DNA of 39,568 bases from a virus. The stretch is from the IMG/VR virus record IMGVR_UViG_3300017987_000033. One strand, 5' to 3'. Positions 25,983 through 34,094 of this stretch are shown here, one piece after another. Below the pieces are notes generated by a model that worked only from the letters and a program-made list of their open reading frames with translations, ran no database searches and was not told where the DNA came from. The translations under genes were made by a program, and so were the position numbers. Each line of letters begins with the position of its first letter. The stretch's first letter is position 1.

Positions 25983-28541
25983 CTATCTAAAAACGTCTGG
26001 CAACCCCGAGGACGATCCGTACATTGCCTGGTTGTATAACTCGTCAACATCTTCTTGTGTAGCCTCATCTCGCGACGAAGGAACGCTAATTGCAAGCAAA
26101 CGTGCACAATCTGAAAAATGAGAACTGCTATCATGAAAAGGCTTATCCGCATAAACTTTCCTCTCATTATCATACTCCCTCCTGTAAGACTCAAGAGCCT
26201 TAATTAACTTGTCACAGTTACGCTCATCGATCCAAACCCTAGGAAGCAAAGCACGAACGGCTTCTATGCCGTCTGATATAGGCAACTTGGGCGCAACATG
26301 GAAATTAATTCCAAGCTGTCTGGCTCTGTCTATTCTCTTTACAGCTCCTCCAGCCCATTCTCTAACCTGTATGTCATGCGGCGCCCAGTGTTTACCGTAT
26401 GCATAGTCCTTGCTGTGAATAATTTTAGCATAATGATCTAACCCGAGATCAATATTAGTATACGAATCTATAATCGATACCGACTGTCCCTTAATCTGGA
26501 ACCAGATTATACAAGTTGCATCAGATACCCCCAAATCCCAAGCTGTATGCACCTTAAAAGCAGGATCATAAGGAACGTTGGTTATCTGACCTTTAAGCCT
26601 AAGATTATTCATTATCTTAGAGTAATATGACCCCTCCACACCCATATCAAAACTACAATAATACTCTTGTTGCACTAAGTCCTCAGACATCACACCTTCA
26701 TCTATTTCTCGCTGAATAACTTCTTTTGATATGTGTTTAGTATCATCGCAGGTCAACCTATAAGCAAACCAATACTTAGGATTCTGTTTAGCTATTTTCC
26801 ATAAATCATAAAAACTATTGTGCCCAAATGGCGTATTGTGGCTTATGAATCCATTACTAAAAAAAGAATGCGTTTCAGGAATAACAAAATCAAAGACTTC
26901 TGACTCTGAATTAGTTATTGATACAATCCTTGAATAAAACAACTTCTCTTTAAGCAGTGATTTTAAATATTCATTACCTGGATGCTTTAAATAAATAGAT
27001 TCTAAAGTACGCCTTCTAATTTTTGAAGGATTCGTAACGTTAAACTTAAATATATCTGCATTTACCGGGTATACATTGCCCGACCCTGATCGTATCTTTT
27101 CTGAAATATACCTAGCAACCTTTTGCTTTCTTTTTAGCCTAAACCCTATTTCAGAAAAGAATTTGTAAGCAAAGTAACCCTCAATTTCTAAAATAAATAT
27201 AACGCTTGAAGCTTTTACCTTTTTAGTTGGCGGATTAGTTCTCTTGCTAACCAAAGAAACTATTCCAAAATTAAGAAGCACCACCTGAAGATCAAGAACA
27301 AACCCCTCACAAGCTGAGGCGAACGTTATATGACCCCTCTTACGTTTTTTATGGTTGGTATTACTATTACCATCACCATCAAATAATCCTTGTAGAAACG
27401 CAGCCAATTGCTCTTTCGTACATTCAAATAATTTTTCCGGAAAGGTTTTATTCTTAGCGCCGCGTTTAAAACCAAGGTATTCAAGAAAATTTACTAGGTT
27501 GGTAGCCGATAACACATGATGAATACCATCTTTTTGAGTCCTAAAACCAAACTTATTTATAAAACTTACAATCTCGTGGTCTTTCTTTTTTGTAATAGTT
27601 ACCTTACTAGAGTCGAAACTTCCATCAGCATGAATTAAGCCTAAAAGATAAAAATAATCTTTATTAAGGTCTAAATCAGATACATTAGTTCGTATTCTAT
27701 AGTCATCATTATTAACGAAATCACTTATATCTAACCCAGATCCAAAAACGTTCTGACCGTACTGAATCGGTAACAAGTCGCCAAGCTTAAGGTCTCTTGA
27801 CTTAATCCACTCTGACCCATTCCATAATGGATGGACCTTAGTACACTCAATCTCAAATCCAGAAGCTAACTTTATCTTTAAAGTCTCTTGCTTTCCTCCA
27901 TAGTAAAAATCGGTAGCATTGTTAAATCCATTAAGACCAAAAATAGGTGAATTAAACTTGGTGTACTCTTTTCTTGAATCGGATAACTTACTAATCCTTT
28001 TAAGACCTTTTTCTGAAATTACTAATGTATTTGGCGCAACACATGATATAAATAAACACCACCCTCCGTTTGCTGCCAAGATAGGTGATATAAACTTGTA
28101 CGCATTTGGATCCGCCCTTGAGTATTCAGAAAATATAACTGCGTATGGATTAGTTCCAACAAGCCTGTTGTAAGAATCAGAACCAGCAAGCTGCAATATA
28201 GATCCATTAAAAAAAGTTATCTTCATCTCAGAAGAGTTAAGGCTAACTATAAGCTCTTCAGGTATAAAATCTAAAAGCCTCTTTCCATCTATGGTTATAC
28301 AATCCCATATTACACGTCGAGCCTGAGAAAATGTGGGAAGAAGGTAGTAGATTATACAGCGCTTACGAAGAGCCTGACGAACAGCAATGTTAAAAGCAGC
28401 AATATCCTTCCCGGCGCGGCGCGGCATCACTGCAATAATCTTCTTCATCCCTTTATTCTCTATAGCATCTACAATGGGTAACTGATAGGAACGCGGCTTA
28501 AACCTATCAAGCTTTACTATTTTCTTCTCTTTTTCTGCCAA
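25983..28541 (-). CDS. terL: Terminase large subunit precursor (852 aa) containing an intein. The spliced product would be 449 aa.
   Basis: N-terminal ATPase-type motif VMPRRAGKDIAAFN. The C-terminal nuclease-type region includes HTAWDLGVSDATCIIW and PHD. A TTG start sits 5 nt after a GAGGAG ribosome-binding site. Confidence 0.9.
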   Translation of the reverse strand: MAEKEKKIVKLDRFKPRSYQLPIVDAIENKGMKKIIAVMPRRAGKDIAAFNIAVRQALRKRCIIYYLLPTFSQARRVIWDCITIDGKRLLDFIPEELIVSLNSSEMKITFFNGSILQLAGSDSYNRLVGTNPYAVIFSEYSRADPNAYKFISPILAANGGWCLFISCVAPNTLVISEKGLKRISKLSDSRKEYTKFNSPIFGLNGFNNATDFYYGGKQETLKIKLASGFEIECTKVHPLWNGSEWIKSRDLKLGDLLPIQYGQNVFGSGLDISDFVNNDDYRIRTNVSDLDLNKDYFYLLGLIHADGSFDSSKVTITKKKDHEIVSFINKFGFRTQKDGIHHVLSATNLVNFLEYLGFKRGAKNKTFPEKLFECTKEQLAAFLQGLFDGDGNSNTNHKKRKRGHITFASACEGFVLDLQVVLLNFGIVSLVSKRTNPPTKKVKASSVIFILEIEGYFAYKFFSEIGFRLKRKQKVARYISEKIRSGSGNVYPVNADIFKFNVTNPSKIRRRTLESIYLKHPGNEYLKSLLKEKLFYSRIVSITNSESEVFDFVIPETHSFFSNGFISHNTPFGHNSFYDLWKIAKQNPKYWFAYRLTCDDTKHISKEVIQREIDEGVMSEDLVQQEYYCSFDMGVEGSYYSKIMNNLRLKGQITNVPYDPAFKVHTAWDLGVSDATCIIWFQIKGQSVSIIDSYTNIDLGLDHYAKIIHSKDYAYGKHWAPHDIQVREWAGGAVKRIDRARQLGINFHVAPKLPISDGIEAVRALLPRVWIDERNCDKLIKALESYRREYDNERKVYADKPFHDSSSHFSDCARLLAISVPSSRDEATQEDVDELYNQAMYGSSSGLPDVFR
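26835..28043 (-). mobile_element. Intein (403 aa) with a LAGLIDADG homing-endonuclease domain inside terL
   Basis: Block A CVAPNTLVISEKG (Cys1 codon at 28043-28041) and block B ECTKVHPLW. LAGLIDADG motifs LLGLIHADGSF and FLQGLFDGDGNS. Blocks F/G VFDFVIPETHSFFSNGFISHN, followed by Thr+1 (Asn codon at 26837-26835). Confidence 0.85.
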
Positions 28542-28543
28542 AG

Positions 28544-29122
28544 CTACTCCTCTTTATCCTTTTTTAGTCCAAAGTTATCCATAACAACAGTAAGATCACC
28601 GCTAAATTTATTATCATTTTGTTTTTTAAGCTCTGCTTGCAACTTAAGAAGCTCTTTCCATTCAGGGTCATAAATGGGCATAGCTGACTTAATCATAGTG
28701 ACTTCGTACTTTCTCTTTATGGCACCTATTTCTCTTCTTGTACCGATAGTATCGAGCGCATTACGATACGCTATCTTAAGCTTATCGCTACGTTTAAGCC
28801 ATCTATGAAAATCAGAAGCGTGAATACCCACAAGGTTGTAAAACTGGGTTATCTTTAAAGCTTCTTGCTCTTCGTCCTGTGACCAGTGAATTAGCTTGAC
28901 GGCTAGACGTTCAATATCAAAAAGTGAGATTGGTTTTTGTCTGAGTGTTGAGGGCTCGAAGAAGTAGTCAAACTGCCCTTTAGTTGTTGTTTTTGTTGAG
29001 TCGTTTTTGGTAGGGTTTATTTTGGAAGGCTTTTTAGTCCTAGAAGTACGCTTTTTCGGCGAGGACTTTGTTACTTTTTTTACGTTCTTTGTATTCTTGG
29101 ATTTCTTTATCTCTGTCAACAT
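28544..29122 (-). CDS. terS: Terminase small subunit candidate, 192 aa
   Basis: It lies immediately upstream of terL. It has a Lys-rich N-terminus, then the HTH-like segment ITQFYNLVGIHASDFHRWLKRSDKLKIAYRNALD. Confidence 0.55.
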   Translation of the reverse strand: MLTEIKKSKNTKNVKKVTKSSPKKRTSRTKKPSKINPTKNDSTKTTTKGQFDYFFEPSTLRQKPISLFDIERLAVKLIHWSQDEEQEALKITQFYNLVGIHASDFHRWLKRSDKLKIAYRNALDTIGTRREIGAIKRKYEVTMIKSAMPIYDPEWKELLKLQAELKKQNDNKFSGDLTVVMDNFGLKKDKEE

Positions 29123-29507
29123 GATATACCTCTCTTTCTATGATTTTAACTTCAGTTCTGGAGTTTATACTATAGTATTTATCAGCAGATATTGAATAAA
29201 TAATATTATCATTAAAATAGACTATGCCGGAAAGTATATCAGAAACATACCTCAAAAGAGCATGTATGTTGGGATTAGAAACATTCTGTTTACCGATGAG
29301 CGGCTCCAGGGTAAGTTGTCTTTTTGGCCTAAAAAAAAAGGTTACATAAAGAGCAAGTGGGCTAGTTAGCTTATCGTGAGGAAACTGCCGTTCTGTTTCT
29401 ATTTTAGCGTTACATCTGCGTTGTTTACTTGACGACCAGAACCTATTTTCACCATCCATTATCAGAGATCCTGGCTCACCTGGTATTATGATCTTATAAC
29501 TACTCAC
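29040..29507 (-). CDS. RusA-like Holliday-junction resolvase homologue with substituted acidic residues, 155 aa
   Basis: GTG start after an AAGGAG site. The N-terminus IIIPGEPGS and the core PNIHALLRYVSDILSGIVYFNDNII align to the RusA pattern (P)D.DN..K...DAL.....DD.Q(I/V). Its last 83 nt overlap terS. Confidence 0.45.
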   Translation of the reverse strand: MSSYKIIIPGEPGSLIMDGENRFWSSSKQRRCNAKIETERQFPHDKLTSPLALYVTFFFRPKRQLTLEPLIGKQNVSNPNIHALLRYVSDILSGIVYFNDNIIYSISADKYYSINSRTEVKIIEREVYHVDRDKEIQEYKERKKSNKVLAEKAYF

Positions 29508-29557
29508 GTTTCTCCTTTAAGAAAAAGATGTTATAAATATAATACTTATTACTGGCC

Positions 29558-29585
29558 GGCGTGGGATTGTGTTACAGCCCGCGCC
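29558..29585. other. GC-rich hairpin in the intergenic region
   Basis: ggcgtggg-(12 nt)-cccgcgcc with no adjacent U-tract on either strand. Confidence 0.3.
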
Positions 29586-29593
29586 ACTACTAA

Positions 29594-31342
29594 TTAAAGC
29601 AGTTTGGAATTTAAAATCCTGAGCATGTATGAAACATCTTTGTAGTTGTTATTTAGGCTTGCAACGTCATGTATAATTTTTACTGAATTTTTAAGATCTA
29701 TGCAATCACCATTAAAAGTAAATACATTACTTCTTACTTCATCAAAATCCATATACTCTGATAAACCTCCCACAGCAATGCCTTTAAATCTATTGGTTAG
29801 CTTCTGAAGTTTAGTTAAGTTTAAAGAGTCTTCTTGTCTTAATCTGGATGATCTTGCTTTACAGTAAGAGCTTACTCTGCCCATATGGTGAATAGCTTTA
29901 TTTTTTTTATCTGTGTGAGACTCAATATTAAGAAAGTTGTATTTATCTAGCTTTGGGTAGCTAAGTGGATCGTTTTTAGAAATACCCTCAAAGCTAATAA
30001 TTTCGTTATATATTCTAAAGTCAGGACCTACGCCGCCATTATTATATAGGGCATTACAGGTAGTTAGAAACGCATAAATATTAAAGAATGAGTCATGCTT
30101 TTTTCTGAGGTCATTAAATATCAATTCTTTCATTTCATCAGCATAAGCCGCAAGTCTGGCTTCACCATGAGGAGTTAAGTTAAGTTCTTTAACGATTTTA
30201 GATACTATTTTTGTTCTATACCTTGAAAGACAGTAAAGTGGAAGTTCTGACTTCTCTATAACAGCTTGTTCCTTGTCTAGCATAGCCAAGGGTTTATATT
30301 CTAAATTATTATACCCGTCTACAGTATCTAACACTGACTGGATATCTTCACAAAACCAGTAAGAAAAACTACGGCTATCCCTTACATCTTCTGCCGGGTA
30401 TTCAAAGGTATCAGAAGATGGAACATCTATGCTTATATTCATTTTTTGACCGAAAACTGAATCAAGATATTCTCTTACGGCTGGAAGGTTGCGGGCAAAA
30501 CCGTCCTTAGCGGACTGCTTAACCTTTGGATTCTCGTTTAGTTTTATATATACCGTATTACCGTGACATGCAACAAAATCAGCTTCAGTAAAGACTCTGT
30601 ACTCTATAGGAGAAAGTGAGGCTGTAATATCATTTACAAAAGTACCCCAAAGGATAATATTTGAACTTGTATTATCTGAGCCAACAATCTCCTTGCCGTT
30701 AAGCTTATCTACATAATCTTTTGATGTTAAAGAGTTTTTCTTTGTATATCTGTAACCTTCTGACACAAACATAAAGCGATTACATCCATCAAACACCTCC
30801 TGCAGAAAGCTTGACCAAAAAAAACGGTAATGAAGAACAAAATGGTGGCCATAATACCCAGTATCTACTGGAGCAAGAGATATATAAACAGTCTTTTCAG
30901 AAATATTACATGAAAGGTACGTAGCTCTTTTAATAATATCTATCGCCATCTGATCGTAGCCGTCTTCTATTTTTAGTAAAAAGACATCCCATAAAGACTT
31001 TGCTCGTTGTTTAAAATTCATGGGCTTAGCGCTTCCAACGTAAAGCTTATATTCATCTTCTGAGATACTGTGTAAAGACCTGTTTTTATTGGTTACAAAC
31101 AGAAACCCATCTATCCCTGGAAAGTTGCTTGATAGTTGCTCTTGCCATAAAGCATTAGAAAAAACAACAGAGTCCTGAAGACGCTCATGCTCTGGAGACA
31201 AGAAAAGCATTATCTTGCGTCTTTGTGCATGTGTGCCACCAAAAGTAGCCTTAAAAAAGATTTGGTAGATATCGTCTCTGGTTGTTTGTTTAGCGTCAGT
31301 TAAAAACTGCTCCCATCTTTTATTTTCAGTAATATTAGACAT
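29594..31342 (-). CDS. Replication-module protein of unknown function (582 aa) with three N-terminal repeats of about 110 aa
   Basis: The repeats start at W10, W118 and W232 (RWEQFL..., LWDVFLLKI..., LWGTFVNDI...). Each has a later hydrophobic strand (IMLFLSP / TVYISLAP / TVYIKLN) and ends ..L...F.G. There is no Walker motif. Confidence 0.6.
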   Translation of the reverse strand: MSNITENKRWEQFLTDAKQTTRDDIYQIFFKATFGGTHAQRRKIMLFLSPEHERLQDSVVFSNALWQEQLSSNFPGIDGFLFVTNKNRSLHSISEDEYKLYVGSAKPMNFKQRAKSLWDVFLLKIEDGYDQMAIDIIKRATYLSCNISEKTVYISLAPVDTGYYGHHFVLHYRFFWSSFLQEVFDGCNRFMFVSEGYRYTKKNSLTSKDYVDKLNGKEIVGSDNTSSNIILWGTFVNDITASLSPIEYRVFTEADFVACHGNTVYIKLNENPKVKQSAKDGFARNLPAVREYLDSVFGQKMNISIDVPSSDTFEYPAEDVRDSRSFSYWFCEDIQSVLDTVDGYNNLEYKPLAMLDKEQAVIEKSELPLYCLSRYRTKIVSKIVKELNLTPHGEARLAAYADEMKELIFNDLRKKHDSFFNIYAFLTTCNALYNNGGVGPDFRIYNEIISFEGISKNDPLSYPKLDKYNFLNIESHTDKKNKAIHHMGRVSSYCKARSSRLRQEDSLNLTKLQKLTNRFKGIAVGGLSEYMDFDEVRSNVFTFNGDCIDLKNSVKIIHDVASLNNNYKDVSYMLRILNSKLL

Positions 31343-31385
31343 CGAATGTTCCTAGTGATATTTTCTAGAGGACCTTATTTAAAAA

Positions 31386-31420
31386 AGCGAAGCTAGTTTA
31401 TTTTTTTTCCCTGCTTCGCT
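31386..31420 (-). terminator. Intrinsic terminator, bidirectional in shape
   Basis: AGCGAAGC-(19 nt)-GCTTCGCT flanked by A and T runs, immediately after the stop at 31425. Confidence 0.55.
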
Positions 31421-31424
31421 TTTT

Positions 31425-32837
31425 TTATTTTAACAGCTTTTCGCAAATAGCCAAAATGTCTAGAGTAACAACATGAAGTCCTTCTGCGAATATAGTCCTG
31501 AGTGCAAGCACGGCCATAAGCTTTGCTCTATAAAAACTTGTTCTAGCATCTTCCCACGGATCATCTATACCCTTTGATATCATATACCTTATCAATACAG
31601 TCCTAAGAGTCAGGTACATCGACGCATGACCAGCTATTAATGCAGTTCCAACTCGGTATATCTCACTTGCTACCTCATCTTTCAGGCGCGCCATCTTAAG
31701 CTGATGGGTCCAAAGATGAAGATGTGGCTTTGTCTTTTCAAGTACAATTCCAAATTCAGTTTGTAGCTCCCTATCTAAACGTTCAGTGTCAGCTTTTACA
31801 TGTTCTAGTGTAACAGGACTGTAAGTAAGAATCTTAGCGCATACGTCATCCATAGACCTAATTTCATTTACTTGCTTATACCCTTTACGGGCTGGTCTAT
31901 TGTTAAACTGCTTATTAACTTCCCTTTTGTGGTTTCTTGCGATCCCGTTAGCTTCCAAAAAAGAAGTAATTTTTGAATCGTGTTGGCTATTGCCTATAGT
32001 TAAACCAAAGTGGGTTATACCATACATACTCTTTAGACAGTTAACCAAAAAGTGATCAACCTTTAGGTTATTAATGTGCGATATTCTGTCGCAGATTACA
32101 GTAAATTGCTCAAAGTAGTCATCAAATAAGCTCATGTCAGTTTCTTCGTAAACCTTTAGGGCCTCTAAGAGAACTTCGTTAGAGTAACCCATAAGTTTTA
32201 TAATGCCATGTTGAGTTAGACAGAATACTCCTAGGCATTTTGTGAGGCCCCTGAAGTTAATTAGAGCCTTTATGTCCAATTTTGTCCCATTTTTTACCGA
32301 ATCAATAAATTCATAGGAATTTTCTACTTTATTGTTCTCTTCTCCGAACATATTTAACCCTAATTGACTCAATATCTGTATAGAAAGTTTTTTCATATTT
32401 AAGTAATTTAAATATTTATAGTTAGGTGTGAAGTTAGTTGTTAATAACTTGTAGATCGATGGAAAGAGCCTTACAAGCCACTTGATATTCTTAGCCGCAA
32501 ATAGTTTTTCAGGGACCATGTAGATACAAGTCTTCCTGTGGCGATAAATTTTCTTAAGCAACCCTAAAGAGACAAGATCTTTTATACACTTGTTAGTCCA
32601 CTCTCTAGTTATGCCAACATTATCAGCTATGTGGGCCTGACTAGAGAATATTCCATTTTGACGTGGAAGCATGCAAAAAATGTAATCTAATATGCCGCGC
32701 TTGGCATCTGAAAGACCAAAAAGAAGGTGCTTTAAATTTATAGCCGGTATAGAAAACCCAGGCTCACGAAGAAAGTTGTAGTTTATCTTATTGTTTCTGT
32801 CTAAAACTCTTGATTTATCAATGCATTCTGCTAACAT
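31425..32837 (-). CDS. Replication initiator candidate with a winged-helix DNA-binding domain, 470 aa
   Basis: The segment ILDYIFCMLPRQNGIFSSQAHIADNVGITREWTNKCIKDLVSLGLLKKIYRHRKTCIYMV fits the wHTH pattern of phage and plasmid initiators. The gene lies directly downstream of the iteron array. Confidence 0.5.
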   Translation of the reverse strand: MLAECIDKSRVLDRNNKINYNFLREPGFSIPAINLKHLLFGLSDAKRGILDYIFCMLPRQNGIFSSQAHIADNVGITREWTNKCIKDLVSLGLLKKIYRHRKTCIYMVPEKLFAAKNIKWLVRLFPSIYKLLTTNFTPNYKYLNYLNMKKLSIQILSQLGLNMFGEENNKVENSYEFIDSVKNGTKLDIKALINFRGLTKCLGVFCLTQHGIIKLMGYSNEVLLEALKVYEETDMSLFDDYFEQFTVICDRISHINNLKVDHFLVNCLKSMYGITHFGLTIGNSQHDSKITSFLEANGIARNHKREVNKQFNNRPARKGYKQVNEIRSMDDVCAKILTYSPVTLEHVKADTERLDRELQTEFGIVLEKTKPHLHLWTHQLKMARLKDEVASEIYRVGTALIAGHASMYLTLRTVLIRYMISKGIDDPWEDARTSFYRAKLMAVLALRTIFAEGLHVVTLDILAICEKLLK

Positions 32838-32841
32838 TAGA

Positions 32842-33047
32842 TCCTCTTTATAACATAAAATCCTCTTTAAAGGGATTTTGAAATTCTACTTCGGGGTTTT
32901 GAAATTCTCTTTATAAGGTCCTCTTTAAAGGGATTTTGAAATTCTACTTCGGGGTTTTGAAATTCTCTTTATAAGGTCCTCTTTTTTAAAGGGATTTTGA
33001 AATTCTACTTCGGGGTTTTGAAATTCTCTTTATAAGGTCCTCTTTTA
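32842..33047. repeat. Iteron array: three tandem direct repeats (58, 58 and 61 bp) plus partial flanking copies, a putative origin of replication
   Basis: Units are 32861-32918, 32919-32976 and 32977-33037. The unit sequence is tcctctttaaagggattttgaaattctacttcggggttttgaaattctctttataagg. Each has two TTTTGAAATTCT 12-mers 21 nt apart and the palindrome CTTTAAAG. Confidence 0.85.
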
Positions 33048-33117
33048 TTGATGGTTAAATTTTTTTATAACGGATTGAAAGATTTAATTTAAGTCAATAT
33101 GCAAGAAATTGCAAAAT

Positions 33118-33156
33118 AAAAATAGCTCGTAGCGCTAGGCCATGCGAGCTATTTTT
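33118..33156. terminator. Bidirectional intrinsic terminator
   Basis: aaaaatagctcg-(15 nt)-cgagctattttt, a 12-bp stem with A and T runs. It overlaps the stop of the frameshifted gene. Confidence 0.65.
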
Positions 33157-33519
33157 ATTCTATTGACGTTACAAAAACTTCTGCAAACGTTTCTTCTGAC
33201 TTCCTGTGTATTCTTTTAACAATAAATAATTTATCTCCAAATCTATGCGGGAACAGATCTATTTTGTCGTATATTTTATCTATAAGTCCTGGGTAGACTA
33301 TTTCAAGTTTATAAACCAACACATCTATACTAGATGCATTTATTTTAATATTTTTACATAAACTAAAAGTATCTAGATTAAGATCTTTTAAAAATTCCTC
33401 ACGAGCAAGACCATCATTTTTATAGGCATAAAATCAGAAGGGGTGACATCAGATTGCTTCCTAAACTCCCAAATATATTTTAACAACCGTTTGTTACGTT
33501 CTTTAGTCTTTTTGTCCAT
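33155..33519 (-). pseudogene. Small gene split into two reading frames at an A5 run. It may be a pseudogene, an assembly indel or a recoding site.
   Basis: Frame A (33519..33388) reads MDKKTKERNKRLLKYIWEFRKQSDVTPSDFMPIKMMVLLVRNF*. Frame B (33433..33155, no start codon) reads FYAYKNDGLAREEFLKDLNLDTFSLCKNIKINASSIDVLVYKLEIVYPGLIDKIYDKIDLFPHRFGDKLFIVKRIHRKSEETFAEVFVTSIE*. One extra A at 33417-33421 would fuse them. Confidence 0.55.
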
Positions 33520-33709
33520 CGTAACTTTCCTTGTAAAACTTTATATATTCATCCAGATCTTCTTTGAGAAAATAAATATACCTATCGCCGTGCCATCTGC
33601 TTCCTGAGTATTTAATTTTTGATTCACCCTCAATGCGCCTCATAAAACTTGTTGACACACCTAAATATTTAGCAGCCTCTATTCTATTAAATCTTTCATA
33701 TATAAACAT
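33503..33709 (-). CDS. Excisionase/MerR-superfamily HTH DNA-binding protein, 68 aa
   Basis: FNRIEAAKYLGVSTSFMRRIEGE...YFLKEDLDEY fits the HTH_17 pattern. Confidence 0.6.
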   Translation of the reverse strand: MFIYERFNRIEAAKYLGVSTSFMRRIEGESKIKYSGSRWHGDRYIYFLKEDLDEYIKFYKESYDGQKD

Positions 33710-33791
33710 TTTCCTTCCTATTCTATTCTTGTAATTTATTATTTTTAAACAGCTAACTTTATATGCTCTATGGCCTCTTTCTTGTTCATTT

Positions 33792-34031
33792 TTATTCTAT
33801 ACCCTTCTTAAACTTCTCTAGCGACCACTTAAAATAAAACCTATATCCATTCTCAAATACAAGATCAGGCTTTAATTTCCCAATAGTATCCCAGCGAACA
33901 AGAGTCTGCTTACTTATCTCTAGATACCTGGCCGCACCTCCAGATGTAAGCGTATTATCCTGAATAAACTCCATCTTCTCATCGTCAGTCATCAATCTAA
34001 GCTTATCTAAAATATCTTCACTAAAATTCAT
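33792..34031 (-). CDS. Excisionase/MerR-superfamily HTH DNA-binding protein, 79 aa
   Basis: LTSGGAARYLEISKQTLVRWDTIGKLKPDLVFENGYRFYFKWSLEKF fits the HTH_17 pattern. It is the first gene leftward of the divergent control region. Confidence 0.65.
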   Translation of the reverse strand: MNFSEDILDKLRLMTDDEKMEFIQDNTLTSGGAARYLEISKQTLVRWDTIGKLKPDLVFENGYRFYFKWSLEKFKKGIE

Positions 34032-34054
34032 ATTAATTCCTTTATTTATAATTG

Positions 34055-34094
34055 TTGACTATAATATTAAGCGTGATATTATATATCATATCAC
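34055..34094 (+). promoter_or_regulatory. Rightward promoter with an overlapping inverted-repeat operator candidate
   Basis: TTGACT (34055-34060), a 16-nt spacer, then TGaTATTAT as an extended -10 (34074-34082). The inverted repeat GTGATAT-N8-ATATCAC (34073-34094) spans the -10. Confidence 0.5.

Noticed and set aside
25979-26194. Nested same-strand ORFs in alternative frames of large genes (25979..26194, 28022..28207, 2349..2624, 14245..14460, 14710..14898, 18684..18923, 19294..19521, 370..561)
   Set aside because: Each lies inside or heavily overlaps a longer ORF with a clear homology-type signature. Their translations are Leu/Ile/Phe-rich noise typical of off-frame AT-rich DNA.
32861-33037. 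The tandem 58-bp repeats as a CRISPR array
   Set aside because: The units abut directly with no unique spacers, there are only three copies, and no cas genes are present. The position next to a wHTH initiator fits iterons.
33411-33425. A programmed -1 ribosomal frameshift at the A5 run of the split early gene
   Set aside because: There is no X XXY YYZ slippery heptamer and no obvious downstream pseudoknot. A one-base homopolymer indel explains the pattern more simply. I kept it as a finding to be checked rather than a recoding call.
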